Assembly: GCA_963721975.1 (NCBI GenBank)
Contig: CAVRLF010000004.1
Span: forward strand, 3,033-67,032
Direction: 5' to 3'
From: an uncultured Alphaproteobacteria bacterium
GTDB lineage: Bacteria; Pseudomonadota; Alphaproteobacteria; Rhizobiales; Rhodomicrobiaceae
Length of the DNA: 64,000 nt
Each line of letters begins with the position of its first letter. The stretch's first letter is position 1. The translations under genes and the position numbers were made by a program. Below, piece by piece: positions 19,660 through 30,253 of this stretch. The notes beneath the pieces were generated by a model. That model did not search any database. It saw only the letters and a list, made by a program, of their open reading frames with translations, and was not told the origin of the DNA.

Positions 19660-21720
19660 TCAAGCCGCGCGCTTGGCCGTCGTCTCCACGGGCGGGGCAG
19701 GCGGGGGAAGGTACGGTTTGAGCGCTTCGATGGTTTTTTCGAGCGCGCCCCCAAGCGTGCCGATGGCGGCCGCGGCCCGGCGCTTCATCTCAGCGGCTTC
19801 GGCCGGATTGTCGAACAGCGACTTCAGCGCAGCCGCCATGTCGTCCGCGCCGCCGACGAGCCGAAGCCCTTCGTAACGCTGCAGGGCGGCATAGGTTTCG
19901 GTGAAGTTGAAGGTGTGCGGGCCGCTAAGGATGCCGGAGCCGAGCTTGATCGCCTCGATGGGATTTTGCCCGCCATGGTGGACGAGCGATCCGCCGATGA
20001 AGGAAAGCGGCGCCAGCGAGTAGAAAAGGCCGAGTTCGCCAATCGTATCGGCAAGATAGATCTGGGTTTTTTCGCTGATAGGCTCGTGAGCGGAGCGTCG
20101 GGCTGCAGGCAGTCGCCGTTCGCCAAGAAGCGCCGCCATGCCTTGCCCGCGATCCGGATGGCGTGGCGCGATGACGGTCAGCAGCGAAGGCATGGCGCCG
20201 TGCAGCATCTCGTGGACGCGCGCGATCATCTCGTCTTCGCCGGGGTGGGTGCTCGCGGCCAGAAAAATGGGGCGGTCCCCAAGATTGCGCCGCAGTTCAT
20301 CGAGCGCCCGCGCGTCCACAGGCGGAGGCGGCGCATCATATTTCAGGTTGCCGGTGATGCTTGTCTTGCGGACGCCAAGGCCCGTGAGACGTTTTGCGAA
20401 GCGCCAGTTTTGCGCAAGAACCAGGTCGAACCGCGAGAACACCGGTTTTGCGAGGCTCGACAGGCTGGACCAGCGCTTATAAGAGCGCTGCGACATGCGC
20501 GCGTTCAAAAGCACGAGCGGCGCCCTGCCATCGCTCGCCTCGACAATCAGGTTCGGCCAGATTTCGGACTCCGTGAACAGGCCGAGGTCGGGCCGCCAAT
20601 GCTCGACGAAACGGCGGCAGAAGCGCGGGCTGTCGAGCGGCAGGAATTGATGGATCGCCCCCTCGGGGAGCCGGGCGGCTGCGATCTTCGCAGAGGTCAC
20701 GGTGACCGTCGTGAGCAGAAGGTTCAGCGAGGAATGGCGGCGCTTCAACTCGTGCATGAGGGGCAGGATCGAATTCGTCTCCCCGACGCTTGCCGCGTGA
20801 AACCAGAAAAGCCGGCCATCGGGTCTTGGCGCGCTCGCAAAACCGAGGCGCTCTGGCAGACGCTCAGGCGCCTCCTTTCCACGCGCCGCGCGCTTTCTGA
20901 GGATGGTCATGGCGGCAGGGCGCGCGAGCGCAGTGGCGCCGCGGTAAACTGAAAGCAGAGCGCCGGACGGGTGCTGCTTCGCGACCTTCGGCGCGGTCTT
21001 GTGATAGTCGCTGCCCGCGAGTTCGTAGGCGCGCGCCGTCGCCGCGTTCATGGCCGCTTCCACCTTTTGGCGGAACTCCTCCATCGTGCTTTCATCGGCG
21101 TCGCGCGGCACATGAATCGGCTCGCCAGCCGCCATCGCCAGATTGGAGAACGGCAGATTGATGGTGAAGCGACTCCAGGTCGGCAGCGTGATGAACCGGT
21201 TTGTCGCAATGGCGACGGGCACGATGGGCCGCCCGGACATCCGCGCGAGCGTGACAATCCCCATTCCCGCAACGCGCGCTGGCCCCGGCGGGACATCCGT
21301 CGTCATGGCGACCGTAACATTGGACTTGAGCAGCTTCAAAGCGGCGCGGAGCGCGCCTGCGCCGCCGCGGTCCTTGCCCGACTCGCCAGCCCCCGCGCCT
21401 CGGATCAGGCCCATGTCGAAATGCAAAAGCGCCCGGGCGATCATCTCGCCATCGGTATGCCTGGCGACCATGTTGTGCACCGGCACGGTCTTCGGCTTGA
21501 GCAGCGGCAGGAGCAGGAACTGGCCATGCCACATGGCCACGATCATCGGATTGAGTTTTTCGAAGAAGGAATCGGCGTCGGCGGGTTCGCGGATCATCGA
21601 GGAGGTGGCCTGCACCATGCGGATGTGGCGAGCCGCCAGCTTGCCTACCGCATCCAGAAAAAACTCCGATTGCTGCAGGCGGCGGCCCCAACCGCGTTTT
21701 TTTGGCGAAGGCATGTTCAT
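19660..21720 (-). CDS. waaA: DUF374 (acyltransferase-like) domain fused to Kdo transferase WaaA
   Basis: N-terminal AMWHGQ..DVPPGPARV..IVPVA (DUF374). C-terminal WFHAASVGE, ESEIWPNL, GNLKYD, ASTHPGE, APRHP, GGQNPIE. Confidence 0.85.
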   Translation of the reverse strand: MNMPSPKKRGWGRRLQQSEFFLDAVGKLAARHIRMVQATSSMIREPADADSFFEKLNPMIVAMWHGQFLLLPLLKPKTVPVHNMVARHTDGEMIARALLHFDMGLIRGAGAGESGKDRGGAGALRAALKLLKSNVTVAMTTDVPPGPARVAGMGIVTLARMSGRPIVPVAIATNRFITLPTWSRFTINLPFSNLAMAAGEPIHVPRDADESTMEEFRQKVEAAMNAATARAYELAGSDYHKTAPKVAKQHPSGALLSVYRGATALARPAAMTILRKRAARGKEAPERLPERLGFASAPRPDGRLFWFHAASVGETNSILPLMHELKRRHSSLNLLLTTVTVTSAKIAAARLPEGAIHQFLPLDSPRFCRRFVEHWRPDLGLFTESEIWPNLIVEASDGRAPLVLLNARMSQRSYKRWSSLSSLAKPVFSRFDLVLAQNWRFAKRLTGLGVRKTSITGNLKYDAPPPPVDARALDELRRNLGDRPIFLAASTHPGEDEMIARVHEMLHGAMPSLLTVIAPRHPDRGQGMAALLGERRLPAARRSAHEPISEKTQIYLADTIGELGLFYSLAPLSFIGGSLVHHGGQNPIEAIKLGSGILSGPHTFNFTETYAALQRYEGLRLVGGADDMAAALKSLFDNPAEAAEMKRRAAAAIGTLGGALEKTIEALKPYLPPPAPPVETTAKRAA

Positions 21721-21800
21721 CGAGCGCCGGTTCTTCTCACGTCACCACCAGAAGCGGACGCGAGCCGGTGAGCAATCGCGTCAGGTTGCGGTCTTGTCCT

Positions 21801-22607
21801 CTAGCGCCACAGGCGCCCGTCCAATGCATCACTCATACGCTCGGCTAAAATGTGATGCAATTTGGGGGCGGCGGCAACATATCCGGGAACTTTTGCGTCT
21901 ATCGAATTGAACTTGAGTGGAAATCCACAGGGATCTGTGACTATTCCCCCGGCCTCGGACACGAGAAGCGCGCCGGCGGCGACGTCCCACTCCCATTTTG
22001 GTTTTGGCGCGAAGGAGGCGTCCGCCTTGCCGGAGGCGACGAGCGCCAAGCGGTAGAGGATGGAATTGGCCACAACAGGCGTCACGGGCGGCCACGGACG
22101 CCGCCAGCGGTTGGGCTTCAAGAGCGACGCGGAAATGGTGAACCTCGCGCCGGCCAGAACGCTCTCGTCGCTGGCGTGCAGCCTGCGGCCGTTCATAAAC
22201 GCGCCCGCCCCCGCGCGGGCTTCGAAAACCTCTCTGCGCAAGGGATTGACCACGACGGCGAGAATTGGGGCGTGGTCCTCGATCAGGGCTATGGCGATGA
22301 CCCAATCGTCGAGGCCCTGGAGGAAGGCGCGGGTGCCGTCGATGGGATCGACAATCCAGACCCGCCTCGCGTCCAGGCGATGAGTGTGCTCGGCGCTTTC
22401 CTCCGAGAGCCAGCCGTAACCGGGACGCGCCTCCCTGAGCCTCGCCGCGAGCAGAGCGTCCACGGCGTGATCCGCTTCGGTCACCGCAGAGCCGTCGGGC
22501 TTTCGCTGCTTCTTGATCGATCGGCCCCAATAGCTCAGCGCGAGCTTTCCTGCCTCCTTGGCGGCGTCCCGTATAAGATCGTAATCCTGCCTGTCATTAT
22601 CTTTCAT
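21801..22607 (-). CDS. cysQ: 3'(2'),5'-bisphosphate nucleotidase / inositol monophosphatase family
   Basis: VTEAD, LSEE, WIVDPIDGT, WEWDVAAG. Confidence 0.8.
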   Translation of the reverse strand: MKDNDRQDYDLIRDAAKEAGKLALSYWGRSIKKQRKPDGSAVTEADHAVDALLAARLREARPGYGWLSEESAEHTHRLDARRVWIVDPIDGTRAFLQGLDDWVIAIALIEDHAPILAVVVNPLRREVFEARAGAGAFMNGRRLHASDESVLAGARFTISASLLKPNRWRRPWPPVTPVVANSILYRLALVASGKADASFAPKPKWEWDVAAGALLVSEAGGIVTDPCGFPLKFNSIDAKVPGYVAAAPKLHHILAERMSDALDGRLWR

Positions 22608-22619
22608 GCAAGCAAGATG

Positions 22620-23606
22620 TCAGTTGGTTGCGGACAGCACAACCGGGATGACGTCGATGACCAACGCAAAAAACACAATAGCCCCAAATCCGTGGTTGCT
22701 GCGGAAGCGATCGAGGCAGTTTTGCCCGTTGTTGATGTCGAGCGTTGCGATCTGCCAGACGAGGTGAGCGCCCGCAAGCGCCATCCCGGCGAAAAACAAC
22801 CAACCCGCCCCAACGAGCCATCCCGCGAAGGCGATGCCGCTCCAGGTCAGGCCATAAAACAGGCTCAACCAGCGGGGCGTCCGGTCGCCAAATTTCAGGG
22901 CCGTGGATTTGAGGCCGATCACCTCGTCGTCTTCCTTGTCCTGATGCGCGTAGATGGTGTCATACCCGATAGTCCAGGCGACCGCGGCCGCGTACAGAAT
23001 GACCGGCTCCACAGACAGGAAACCGAAAATGGCGGCCCAGCCCATGAGCGCGCCCCATGAGAAGGCGAGCCCGAGAAACGCCTGCGGCCAGAAGGTGACG
23101 CGCTTCATGAGCGGATAGATCAAGACGATGCCGACCGAAGCGAAGCCGAGGCAGATGGCGAACAGGTTGAACTGAAGAAGCACGCCGAGGCCCACAAAGC
23201 AGAGCCCGACGATGAGCGCCATCGCGGCCTTCACCGAGATTTGCCCGTTCGCCAGAGGTCGGGCTTGCGTTCGGGCTACCTTCGCATCGATATCACGGTC
23301 GAGAATATCGTTGTAAATACAGCCGGCGCTGCGCATCGCGAACGCGCCGATTGCGAAGACAAGGAGCAGGAAGGGGTTGGGAAAGATGTCGAGCGCTCGC
23401 GACGAAAGCGCCACGGACCACCAGCACGGCCAGAGCAGGAGCCAGACGCCGATGGGCCGGTCTGCTCGCATGAGCCTGAGCCAGGGCCTGAGCGGCGCCG
23501 GGGCGAAGCGGTCCACCCAGTTCTTGCGCGGAGCGTCGGGGATGGGGCTGGCGGCGGTTGCCGAGGTGTCGGGGGTGCTGTCTGCTTCTGGCGAAATAGC
23601 CGGCAT
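22620..23606 (-). CDS. ubiA: 4-hydroxybenzoate polyprenyltransferase
   Basis: RADRPIGVWLLLWP, NDILDRDIDAKVART..RPL, YDTIYAHQDKEDD. Confidence 0.92.
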   Translation of the reverse strand: MPAISPEADSTPDTSATAASPIPDAPRKNWVDRFAPAPLRPWLRLMRADRPIGVWLLLWPCWWSVALSSRALDIFPNPFLLLVFAIGAFAMRSAGCIYNDILDRDIDAKVARTQARPLANGQISVKAAMALIVGLCFVGLGVLLQFNLFAICLGFASVGIVLIYPLMKRVTFWPQAFLGLAFSWGALMGWAAIFGFLSVEPVILYAAAVAWTIGYDTIYAHQDKEDDEVIGLKSTALKFGDRTPRWLSLFYGLTWSGIAFAGWLVGAGWLFFAGMALAGAHLVWQIATLDINNGQNCLDRFRSNHGFGAIVFFALVIDVIPVVLSATN

Positions 23607-23714
23607 GTCTCGCTCGTTCGAACGTGGTTTTCCCGGGCCACGCGAATAGTGCAAATACTATGCTAAAATCTAGGGACTGTCCTATGTCATCACCACAAAA
23701 CCGCATTGCGCGCA

Positions 23715-24443
23715 ATGGCTGAACAAAGGCTGTTTGTCGCAAATCCTCTTGACGCCGCATCGGACATGACGCTTAGCGATGCGCAGACGCATTATCTTTT
23801 GCACGTGTTGAGACTTTCCGAGGGCGCGCGTCTTCTCGTTTTCGACGGCGCGAATGGAGAATGGCGCGCTGAAATCACGCATGCAAGAAAGAGTGGGTGC
23901 GCCATCCGGCTCATCGAGAAAGTCCGCGAGCAGACCGCCGCGCAGGACATCCATTATGCTTTCGCTCCCTTAAAACAAGGCAGGCTGGATTATATGGTGC
24001 AAAAGTCTGTCGAGATGGGCGCGTCCCTGCTGCAGCCGGTCCTGACCCAACACACGGCCGTATCCAGGCTCAACGTCGAGCGCATGAAGGCGAATGCAAT
24101 CGAGGCCGCCGAGCAGTGCGGGATTTTGACGCTCCCCGAAATCAAGGCTACGGTCAAACTTGAGGCTTTCCTCAAGGCTTGCGAAAAGGACCGAACCATT
24201 GTTTTTTGCGATGAGCGCGCCGAAACTTCGTCGCCGCTTGAGGCTTTGGAGAAACTGAAGGGTCGGAAGGTCACGGCGCTGATCGGCCCGGAGGGCGGTT
24301 TCTCGCTGAGCGAGCGTGAGGAGCTGCTTTCCAAAAGGTTTGTGTGCCCCATATCGCTTGGACCGAGGGTCATGCGCGCCGACACGGCGGCCGTGGCGGT
24401 CCTGGCGCTTCTGAATGCAGTCCTCGGGGATTGGCTATCATAA
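23715..24443 (+). CDS. rsmE: 16S rRNA m3U1498 methyltransferase
   Basis: HYLLHVLRL, KSVEMG, EAAEQC, IGPEGG, SLGPRVMRADTA. Confidence 0.92.
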   Translation: MAEQRLFVANPLDAASDMTLSDAQTHYLLHVLRLSEGARLLVFDGANGEWRAEITHARKSGCAIRLIEKVREQTAAQDIHYAFAPLKQGRLDYMVQKSVEMGASLLQPVLTQHTAVSRLNVERMKANAIEAAEQCGILTLPEIKATVKLEAFLKACEKDRTIVFCDERAETSSPLEALEKLKGRKVTALIGPEGGFSLSEREELLSKRFVCPISLGPRVMRADTAAVAVLALLNAVLGDWLS

Positions 24444-24512
24444 AAAGCTTACATTCTTGATAGACATTCAGCCTTTGCACACCCTGCAACTCAAGCGGCA
24501 AAAGATGGGATC

Positions 24513-25895
24513 ATGATGCTAGCCAGCGGCGACAAAACCAAAGCGCCTGTCATCCAAAGCCGCGACGAACTCGTGGCGCATATCGAGGACGGCGCCAAGC
24601 CGAAAGCTGAATGGCGGATCGGCACCGAGCACGAGAAGATTCCGTTTTATCGCGATAGCCTGCGGCCCGTTCCCTATGACGGCCCGGCGGGCATATCGGC
24701 GCTTCTCACCGGGCTTGCCGAACGCTTCGGCTGGCGGCCCATCTACGATCAGGACAAGGTGATCGCGCTGGAGGAGCCATCGAACGAACTTGGCGGCTCC
24801 ATCACGTTGGAACCCGGCGGGCAGTTCGAACTCTCGGGCGCCCCCTTGAAGACGGTCTTCCAGACCTGCGAGGAGGTGAGCCGCCATCTGCGCCAGGTGG
24901 GGGAGATCGCAGACCCGCTGGGGATGTCGTTCCTCGCCTTGGGCTTTTCGCCGTTGTGGACGGTGGCGGAGACGCCGCGCATGCCGAAAAGCCGCTACGC
25001 CATCATGACCGCCTACATGCCGAAGGTCGGCAAGCTCGGCCTCGACATGATGTACCGCACCGCCACCGTGCAGGTGAACCTAGACTTCGCGGGCGAGGCG
25101 GACATGGTGAAGAAGCTGCGCGTCTCGCTTGCGCTTCAGCCCATTGCCACGGCGCTGTTCGCTAACTCGCCCTTCACCGACGGCAAGCCGAACGGCTATC
25201 TCAGCTTTCGCAGCGCCATCTGGCTCGATACCGACAATGCGCGCGCCGGGATGCTGCCCTTCGCCTTCGAGGACGGGATGGGCTTCGAGCGCTATGTTGA
25301 CTATGCTCTCGATGTTCCGATGTACTTCGTGCGCCGCAACAAGAAATATATCGACACGGCGGGTGAGTCCTTCCGGGCCTTCCTCGAAGGCAAGCTGCCC
25401 CAGTTGCCGGGCGAGAAGCCGACCATCTCGGACTGGGCCGATCATCTGACAACGATTTTCCCGGAGGTACGGCTCAAGCGCTACCTTGAGATGCGCGGCG
25501 CCGACAGCGGACCCTGGCGCAGCCTTTGCGCCCTGCCGGCGCTGTGGGCTGGGCTTTTGTACGAACAGTCGAGCCTCGACGCCGCTTACGACCTCATCAA
25601 GGATTGGACGGCGGAAGAGCGTCAGAAGCTTCGCAACGACGTTCCACGGCTTGCTTTGCACACGCCATTCCGCGATGGGACCGTGCTCGATGTCGCACGC
25701 CCGATGCTGGACATCGCCACGGCGGGACTGAAGGCCCGAGGCCACAGCAACCTTTTCGATGACGAGACGGTATTCCTGAGGCCTCTCAGAGAGTTCGTGG
25801 AGCGCGGCCGATGCGCCGCCGACGATCTTCTCGCGCGCTATCACGGCGAGTGGGCCGGCGACGTGCGGCCCGTCTTCACCGAGAACGCTTACTAA
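24513..25895 (+). CDS. gshA: Glutamate--cysteine ligase (plant/alphaproteobacterial type)
   Basis: [50 protein letters not shown]. Confidence 0.93.
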   Translation: MMLASGDKTKAPVIQSRDELVAHIEDGAKPKAEWRIGTEHEKIPFYRDSLRPVPYDGPAGISALLTGLAERFGWRPIYDQDKVIALEEPSNELGGSITLEPGGQFELSGAPLKTVFQTCEEVSRHLRQVGEIADPLGMSFLALGFSPLWTVAETPRMPKSRYAIMTAYMPKVGKLGLDMMYRTATVQVNLDFAGEADMVKKLRVSLALQPIATALFANSPFTDGKPNGYLSFRSAIWLDTDNARAGMLPFAFEDGMGFERYVDYALDVPMYFVRRNKKYIDTAGESFRAFLEGKLPQLPGEKPTISDWADHLTTIFPEVRLKRYLEMRGADSGPWRSLCALPALWAGLLYEQSSLDAAYDLIKDWTAEERQKLRNDVPRLALHTPFRDGTVLDVARPMLDIATAGLKARGHSNLFDDETVFLRPLREFVERGRCAADDLLARYHGEWAGDVRPVFTENAY

Positions 25896-25906
25896 GGCAG
25901 CCGGCG

Positions 25907-25928
25907 CGCCGCTTTCTGACAAGCGGCG
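25907..25928. terminator. Hairpin between convergent gshA and lysA
   Basis: Stem CGCCGCTT / AAGCGGCG with a 6-nt loop. No clear U-tract. Confidence 0.35.
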
Positions 25929-25998
25929 GCGGCGCCCGCGTGACCTTTGTCGCATCTATTCTGTAGCGCTTGGCTGCGCATGCTCCCGCTAGTCTAAA

Positions 25999-27267
25999 CT
26001 AAACAAGCCAGGGCGCGATGCTCTCGGTCTTCAGCATATCCTCGTAGGAGGGGCGCGGCCTGATCACGGCGTAGTTCGCGCCGGAGACGAGAACCTCGGG
26101 CGCGAGGCGACGCGTGTTGTAGGTCGAGGCCTGGACTGCGCCATAGGCGCCCGCCGTCATGATGGCGAAGAGATCGCCGGGGGCGGCTTCCGGCATGGCG
26201 CGGTCTTTTGCGATGAAATCGCCGGTTTCGCATACAGGGCCGACCACGTCGGCGCGCGCCATGCCCCCATTGCGGAGGGCTTCGCGAACGGGCCAGATGT
26301 CGTGATAGGCGTCGTAGAGCGTCGGCCGGACGAGATCGTTCATGCCGGCGTCGACGATGATGAAATGCTTCTCGCCGCCGCGCTTCGTGTAGATCACCTC
26401 CGTCACCAGGATGCCGGCGTTTCCGGCGATGACGCGGCCGGGCTCGAAGAGAAGCTTCGCATCGAGACGGTTCGCAAGAGCGATCACGATCTCCGCATAG
26501 TCGTTCGGCAGGGGCGGCTCCTGCAGGTCCCAGCGATAGGGTATGCCAAGGCCGCCGCCAAGGTTCACGAAGGAAATGACGTGCCCGTCCGACCTCAAGT
26601 CCGCCACGAGGCTCGCCAGCAGGGCGAAGGCGTTCCTGAAGGGCTCCATCTGCGTGATCTGGCTGCCGATGTGCATGTGAACGCCGCGCGCCTCGACGCC
26701 CGGCAGCGTGCGCGCCAGCGCGTAAAGAGCGCGCGCGTCCTTCCAATTCACGCCGAATTTGTGCTCCGACCTGCCCGTTGAGATCTTGGCGTGCGTCTTG
26801 GCGTCGACATCGGGATTGATGCGGAAGGCGATGCGCGCGCATGCGCCGCGGGCGATCGCCACTTCGCTCAAGGCGCGAAGCTCGGCCTCGGATTCCACGT
26901 TGAAGCCGAAAATCCCCGCATCAAGCGCGAAAGCCATTTCGGCGCGCGTCTTGCCGACGCCCGAGAACACAATCTTTTCAGGCGGCATGCCGGCCGCCAG
27001 CGCGCGATGGATTTCGCCCTCCGAGACCACATCCGCGCCCGAGCCGAGCCTCGCCAGGGTGCGAATGACGGAGAGATTGGAATTCGCCTTGATCGAGTAG
27101 CAGACGAGCGCGTCCCGCCCGGCGAAGGCTTCGGAAAACACGCCGTAGTGGCGTTCGATGGTCGCCGAGGAATAGCAATAGAACGGCGTGCCGACCTCGC
27201 GCGCGAGCGCATCGAGAGCGACATCTTCGGCATGCAGCATGCCGTTCCGGTAGGTGAAATGGTGCAT
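25999..27267 (-). CDS. lysA: Diaminopimelate decarboxylase
   Basis: YSIKAN, DVVSEGE, HMHIGSQ, NLGGGLG, EPGR, GPVCETGD. Confidence 0.95.
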   Translation of the reverse strand: MHHFTYRNGMLHAEDVALDALAREVGTPFYCYSSATIERHYGVFSEAFAGRDALVCYSIKANSNLSVIRTLARLGSGADVVSEGEIHRALAAGMPPEKIVFSGVGKTRAEMAFALDAGIFGFNVESEAELRALSEVAIARGACARIAFRINPDVDAKTHAKISTGRSEHKFGVNWKDARALYALARTLPGVEARGVHMHIGSQITQMEPFRNAFALLASLVADLRSDGHVISFVNLGGGLGIPYRWDLQEPPLPNDYAEIVIALANRLDAKLLFEPGRVIAGNAGILVTEVIYTKRGGEKHFIIVDAGMNDLVRPTLYDAYHDIWPVREALRNGGMARADVVGPVCETGDFIAKDRAMPEAAPGDLFAIMTAGAYGAVQASTYNTRRLAPEVLVSGANYAVIRPRPSYEDMLKTESIAPWLV

Positions 27268-27288
27268 CGAAGCAGAAGCCCGGTTGGT

Positions 27289-27465
27289 TTAGCGCAAAAG
27301 CGGATCCAGGACGAAGGGACGGCCCGGGTCTGCATTCTTTCCTGAGGCGTCCTTCGGAACATCTGCGGGCGGCAGCGGGCGTTGCACGTCGCTTTTCTTC
27401 CCGCATGCGGCAAGCGCGAGCGCAACGCCCGCAGCCAGAATAAAATTGCGCAATGTGCGAGTCAT
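27289..27465 (-). CDS. Small lipoprotein (LptM/LppL-like, between argH and lysA)
   Basis: Lipobox LAACGKK. Conserved position. C-terminal PFVLDPLL. Confidence 0.75.
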   Translation of the reverse strand: MTRTLRNFILAAGVALALAACGKKSDVQRPLPPADVPKDASGKNADPGRPFVLDPLLR

Positions 27466-27513
27466 CTTGTTTCCGTAATGACGCAATCGCCGGCGCGCCA
27501 ACCCATGCTGTCT

Positions 27514-28911
27514 TTACCCTGAGACCTTTTCCAACTCCAGCGACTTGAGCCAGATTTCCGCCGCGGCGCGCACATTTTGTGGCGCTGTGCCTCCGAAGCT
27601 TCGTCTGCTCTCGACGGATTTGTCGATATCCAGCACCTCGAAAATGGATGCGTCGATGCGCGGCTCGATCTTACGCATGGTTTCCAGAGGAACGTGGGCG
27701 AGATCAAGGCCGGCGTTCTCGGCCGCCTTCACGATGCGGCCCGTGACGTGGTGGGCTTCGCGGAAAGGAAGGCCGGCGCAACGAACGAGCCAGTCGGCAA
27801 GATCGGTTGCGGTCGAGAAGCCGAGCGCCGCCGCCGCGCGCATGGTTTCGGGGTTCGGCTCCATGTCGTCCACCATGCCCGTCATGGCGGCGAGGCCGAG
27901 CGAAAGCGCGTCGATGGCGAGGAAGGTTGCTTCCTTGTCCTCCTGCATGTCCTTCGAATAGGCGAGCGGGAGCCCCTTCATGACCATCAGCAGCGACATG
28001 AACGCGCCCGCAACGCGGCCGGCCTTGGCCCGGATCAGTTCGGCGGCGTCCGGATTGCGCTTCTGCGGCATGATGGACGAGCCGGTGGTGAAGCGGTCGC
28101 TCAAGGAGATGAAGCCGAAGCCTGCGGTGAACCAGATGACTATCTCTTCGGCGAGGCGCGACAGATGCGTGGCCGAGATCGCCGCCGCCGCCAGCGCTTC
28201 AAGGACGAAGTCACGCGAGGAGACCGCGTCGAGCGAGTTCGCCATCGGGCGGTCGAACCCGAGTTCCGCGGCCGTCATCGCCCGGTCGATGGGAAAGGAG
28301 GTCCCGGCGAGGGCTGCGGCGCCGAGCGGAGATTCGTTCACCCGTTTCCTTGCGTCGGCGAAGCGGCCACGGTCGCGCGCCAGCATCTCGACATAAGCGA
28401 GACAATGATGCCCGAAGCTGATGGGCTGCGCGGTTTGCAGATGGGTGAAGCCGGGCATGACGGTGTCCGCATGCGCGGCGGCCTTGCGGGCGAGCGCGCG
28501 TTGCAGGGCCGCGAGCTGACTGTCGAGATGGTCGATCGCGCCTCGGATATAGAGGCGGAAATCGGTCGCGACCTGATCGTTGCGCGACCGCGCCGTGTGA
28601 AGCTTGCCGGCGAGCGGGCCGATCAGCTCCTTGAGCCGCGCCTCCACCGCCATGTGAATGTCTTCATGCTCGCGTCGGAACTCGAAGCGGCCGAGCGCGA
28701 TCTCTTCGCGGACGGCATCGAGCCCGGTTATGATCGCTTCGGCTTCCTTGGGCGCGATGACCCCGCATGCGCCGAGCATTCTGGCGTGCGCCTGACTTGC
28801 GCGGATGTCTTCCGCGTAGAAACGCTTATCGAACGAAATGGAGGCGTTGATCTCCTCCATGATCTCGGCGGGCTTTGTCTCGAAGCGCCCGCCCCACATT
28901 TTATTGGCCAT
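27514..28911 (-). CDS. argH: Argininosuccinate lyase
   Basis: [37 protein letters not shown]. Confidence 0.96.
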   Translation of the reverse strand: MANKMWGGRFETKPAEIMEEINASISFDKRFYAEDIRASQAHARMLGACGVIAPKEAEAIITGLDAVREEIALGRFEFRREHEDIHMAVEARLKELIGPLAGKLHTARSRNDQVATDFRLYIRGAIDHLDSQLAALQRALARKAAAHADTVMPGFTHLQTAQPISFGHHCLAYVEMLARDRGRFADARKRVNESPLGAAALAGTSFPIDRAMTAAELGFDRPMANSLDAVSSRDFVLEALAAAAISATHLSRLAEEIVIWFTAGFGFISLSDRFTTGSSIMPQKRNPDAAELIRAKAGRVAGAFMSLLMVMKGLPLAYSKDMQEDKEATFLAIDALSLGLAAMTGMVDDMEPNPETMRAAAALGFSTATDLADWLVRCAGLPFREAHHVTGRIVKAAENAGLDLAHVPLETMRKIEPRIDASIFEVLDIDKSVESRRSFGGTAPQNVRAAAEIWLKSLELEKVSG

Positions 28912-29180
28912 CGTGTCATCGCCTGAGAGGCTTAAAGCGAAGCATTAGCGCGCCGTTTCGCAGTGCACAAGGGCGGCCTCCTTAGCATGATGTATGAGAG
29001 GCGCACGCTAGAGCATGCTTGCCGGCGCGAGCTTTCCCTCCCAAGTATCCGCTTTGCAGTCTTTGGACGCCTTGGCGGGCGCTTTGGCGCGCGGGAGGGA
29101 ACGTGCTAAGATGCAGCGCATTCAGTAAGAAAGGGCAAGTTGTACGCCAGACAGTCTGGCCATTCGTTAAGGAGAAACAG

Positions 29181-29468
29181 ATGGATACCTTCGTCGAAAA
29201 CACCAATGTCGCTGAAGAGGACAAACACATTCGTGTGACACCCACGGACCATGAAAAGCAGGTTGAGGTCGCTAAAACGGCAAGCGCTCCCCTTAACGAA
29301 GAAAATGCGACAATTTTGGAAGGGCAGGACGAAGGGCTGGAAGAGCAGATAAAAATCGTACGCCTGGAGCCGGCTGATCCGCTCGGGAGAAGAACCATCA
29401 ATCTCCCTACGAATGAGATGAAGGCTGGGTATGGTTATGCGTTCGCTAAGCGCGCAGCCAAGCGTTGA
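29181..29468 (+). CDS. Hypothetical acidic 95-aa protein overlapping the tlpA start
   Basis: Good AAGGAG RBS and protein-like composition. Overlaps the next ORF by 38 nt. Confidence 0.45.
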   Translation: MDTFVENTNVAEEDKHIRVTPTDHEKQVEVAKTASAPLNEENATILEGQDEGLEEQIKIVRLEPADPLGRRTINLPTNEMKAGYGYAFAKRAAKR

Positions 29469-30078
29469 GAAGGGCGGGGACCTGAACGGGAAAGAGGCGG
29501 AGCCGCCTCTTTTTATCAGTCGAGCCGCGAAATATGCGGCCATGGCGGCGCTTGCAGGGTTGACAGGCGTATTTGCAGGCGCGTTCTTCTCGGCTAAGCC
29601 CACAAAAGTCGAGGCGCTTCAAACGCCCCGCGGCCTTGTGCGCGTCGTCGATCCCCAAACCGTTCCCGACATCGCCTTCAACGACGCCAACGGCTGGGAG
29701 ACGCATCTATCGGATTGGCGCGGCCGGATTGTGCTTCTCAATCTCTGGGCCACATGGTGCGGCCCCTGCAAAACGGAACTCCCTTCGCTCGACAGGCTGC
29801 AAGCAAATCTTGGCGGGAAAAATTTTGCCGTGCTGGCTGTCAGCACGGACCGGGCTGGCCCAAAGGCGCCCGCGGACTATTTCGACAGAGAAGGCATCAA
29901 GCATTTACAGGTTTATAACGACAAGACTGGCGACGCGGCCATTCTGCTGCGCGCGGCGGGTCTGCCATTGAGCATTGTGCTGAATGAGAAGGGCCAGGAA
30001 ATCGCGCATCTTTTCGGTCCGGCGCGATGGGACAGCCCCGAACTTATCGAGAAGCTCAAGGCTTTCGCGGCTCACTGA
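29431..30078 (+). CDS. tlpA: TlpA-family thiol:disulfide oxidoreductase
   Basis: N-terminal TM anchor, LNLWATWCGPCKTELPSL, GLPLS. Divergent from argH as in other Hyphomicrobiales. Confidence 0.88.
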   Translation: MVMRSLSAQPSVEKGGDLNGKEAEPPLFISRAAKYAAMAALAGLTGVFAGAFFSAKPTKVEALQTPRGLVRVVDPQTVPDIAFNDANGWETHLSDWRGRIVLLNLWATWCGPCKTELPSLDRLQANLGGKNFAVLAVSTDRAGPKAPADYFDREGIKHLQVYNDKTGDAAILLRAAGLPLSIVLNEKGQEIAHLFGPARWDSPELIEKLKAFAAH

Positions 30079-30253
30079 GGCCTTTCCGGCTGTCGCTCCC
30101 TCACTCGCCCGCTCCGCGGCTGCGCTCTCATGGTGACAGACGGCGTTCCCTTCGATGCGGCCAAGGCGGCGGCATCCGGCATGGTGATTATTCATTCCGT
30201 CCTGGAACGGCCATAGTTTCACGCCTCTTAGCCCGAAAAAGGGAGTATAGAGA

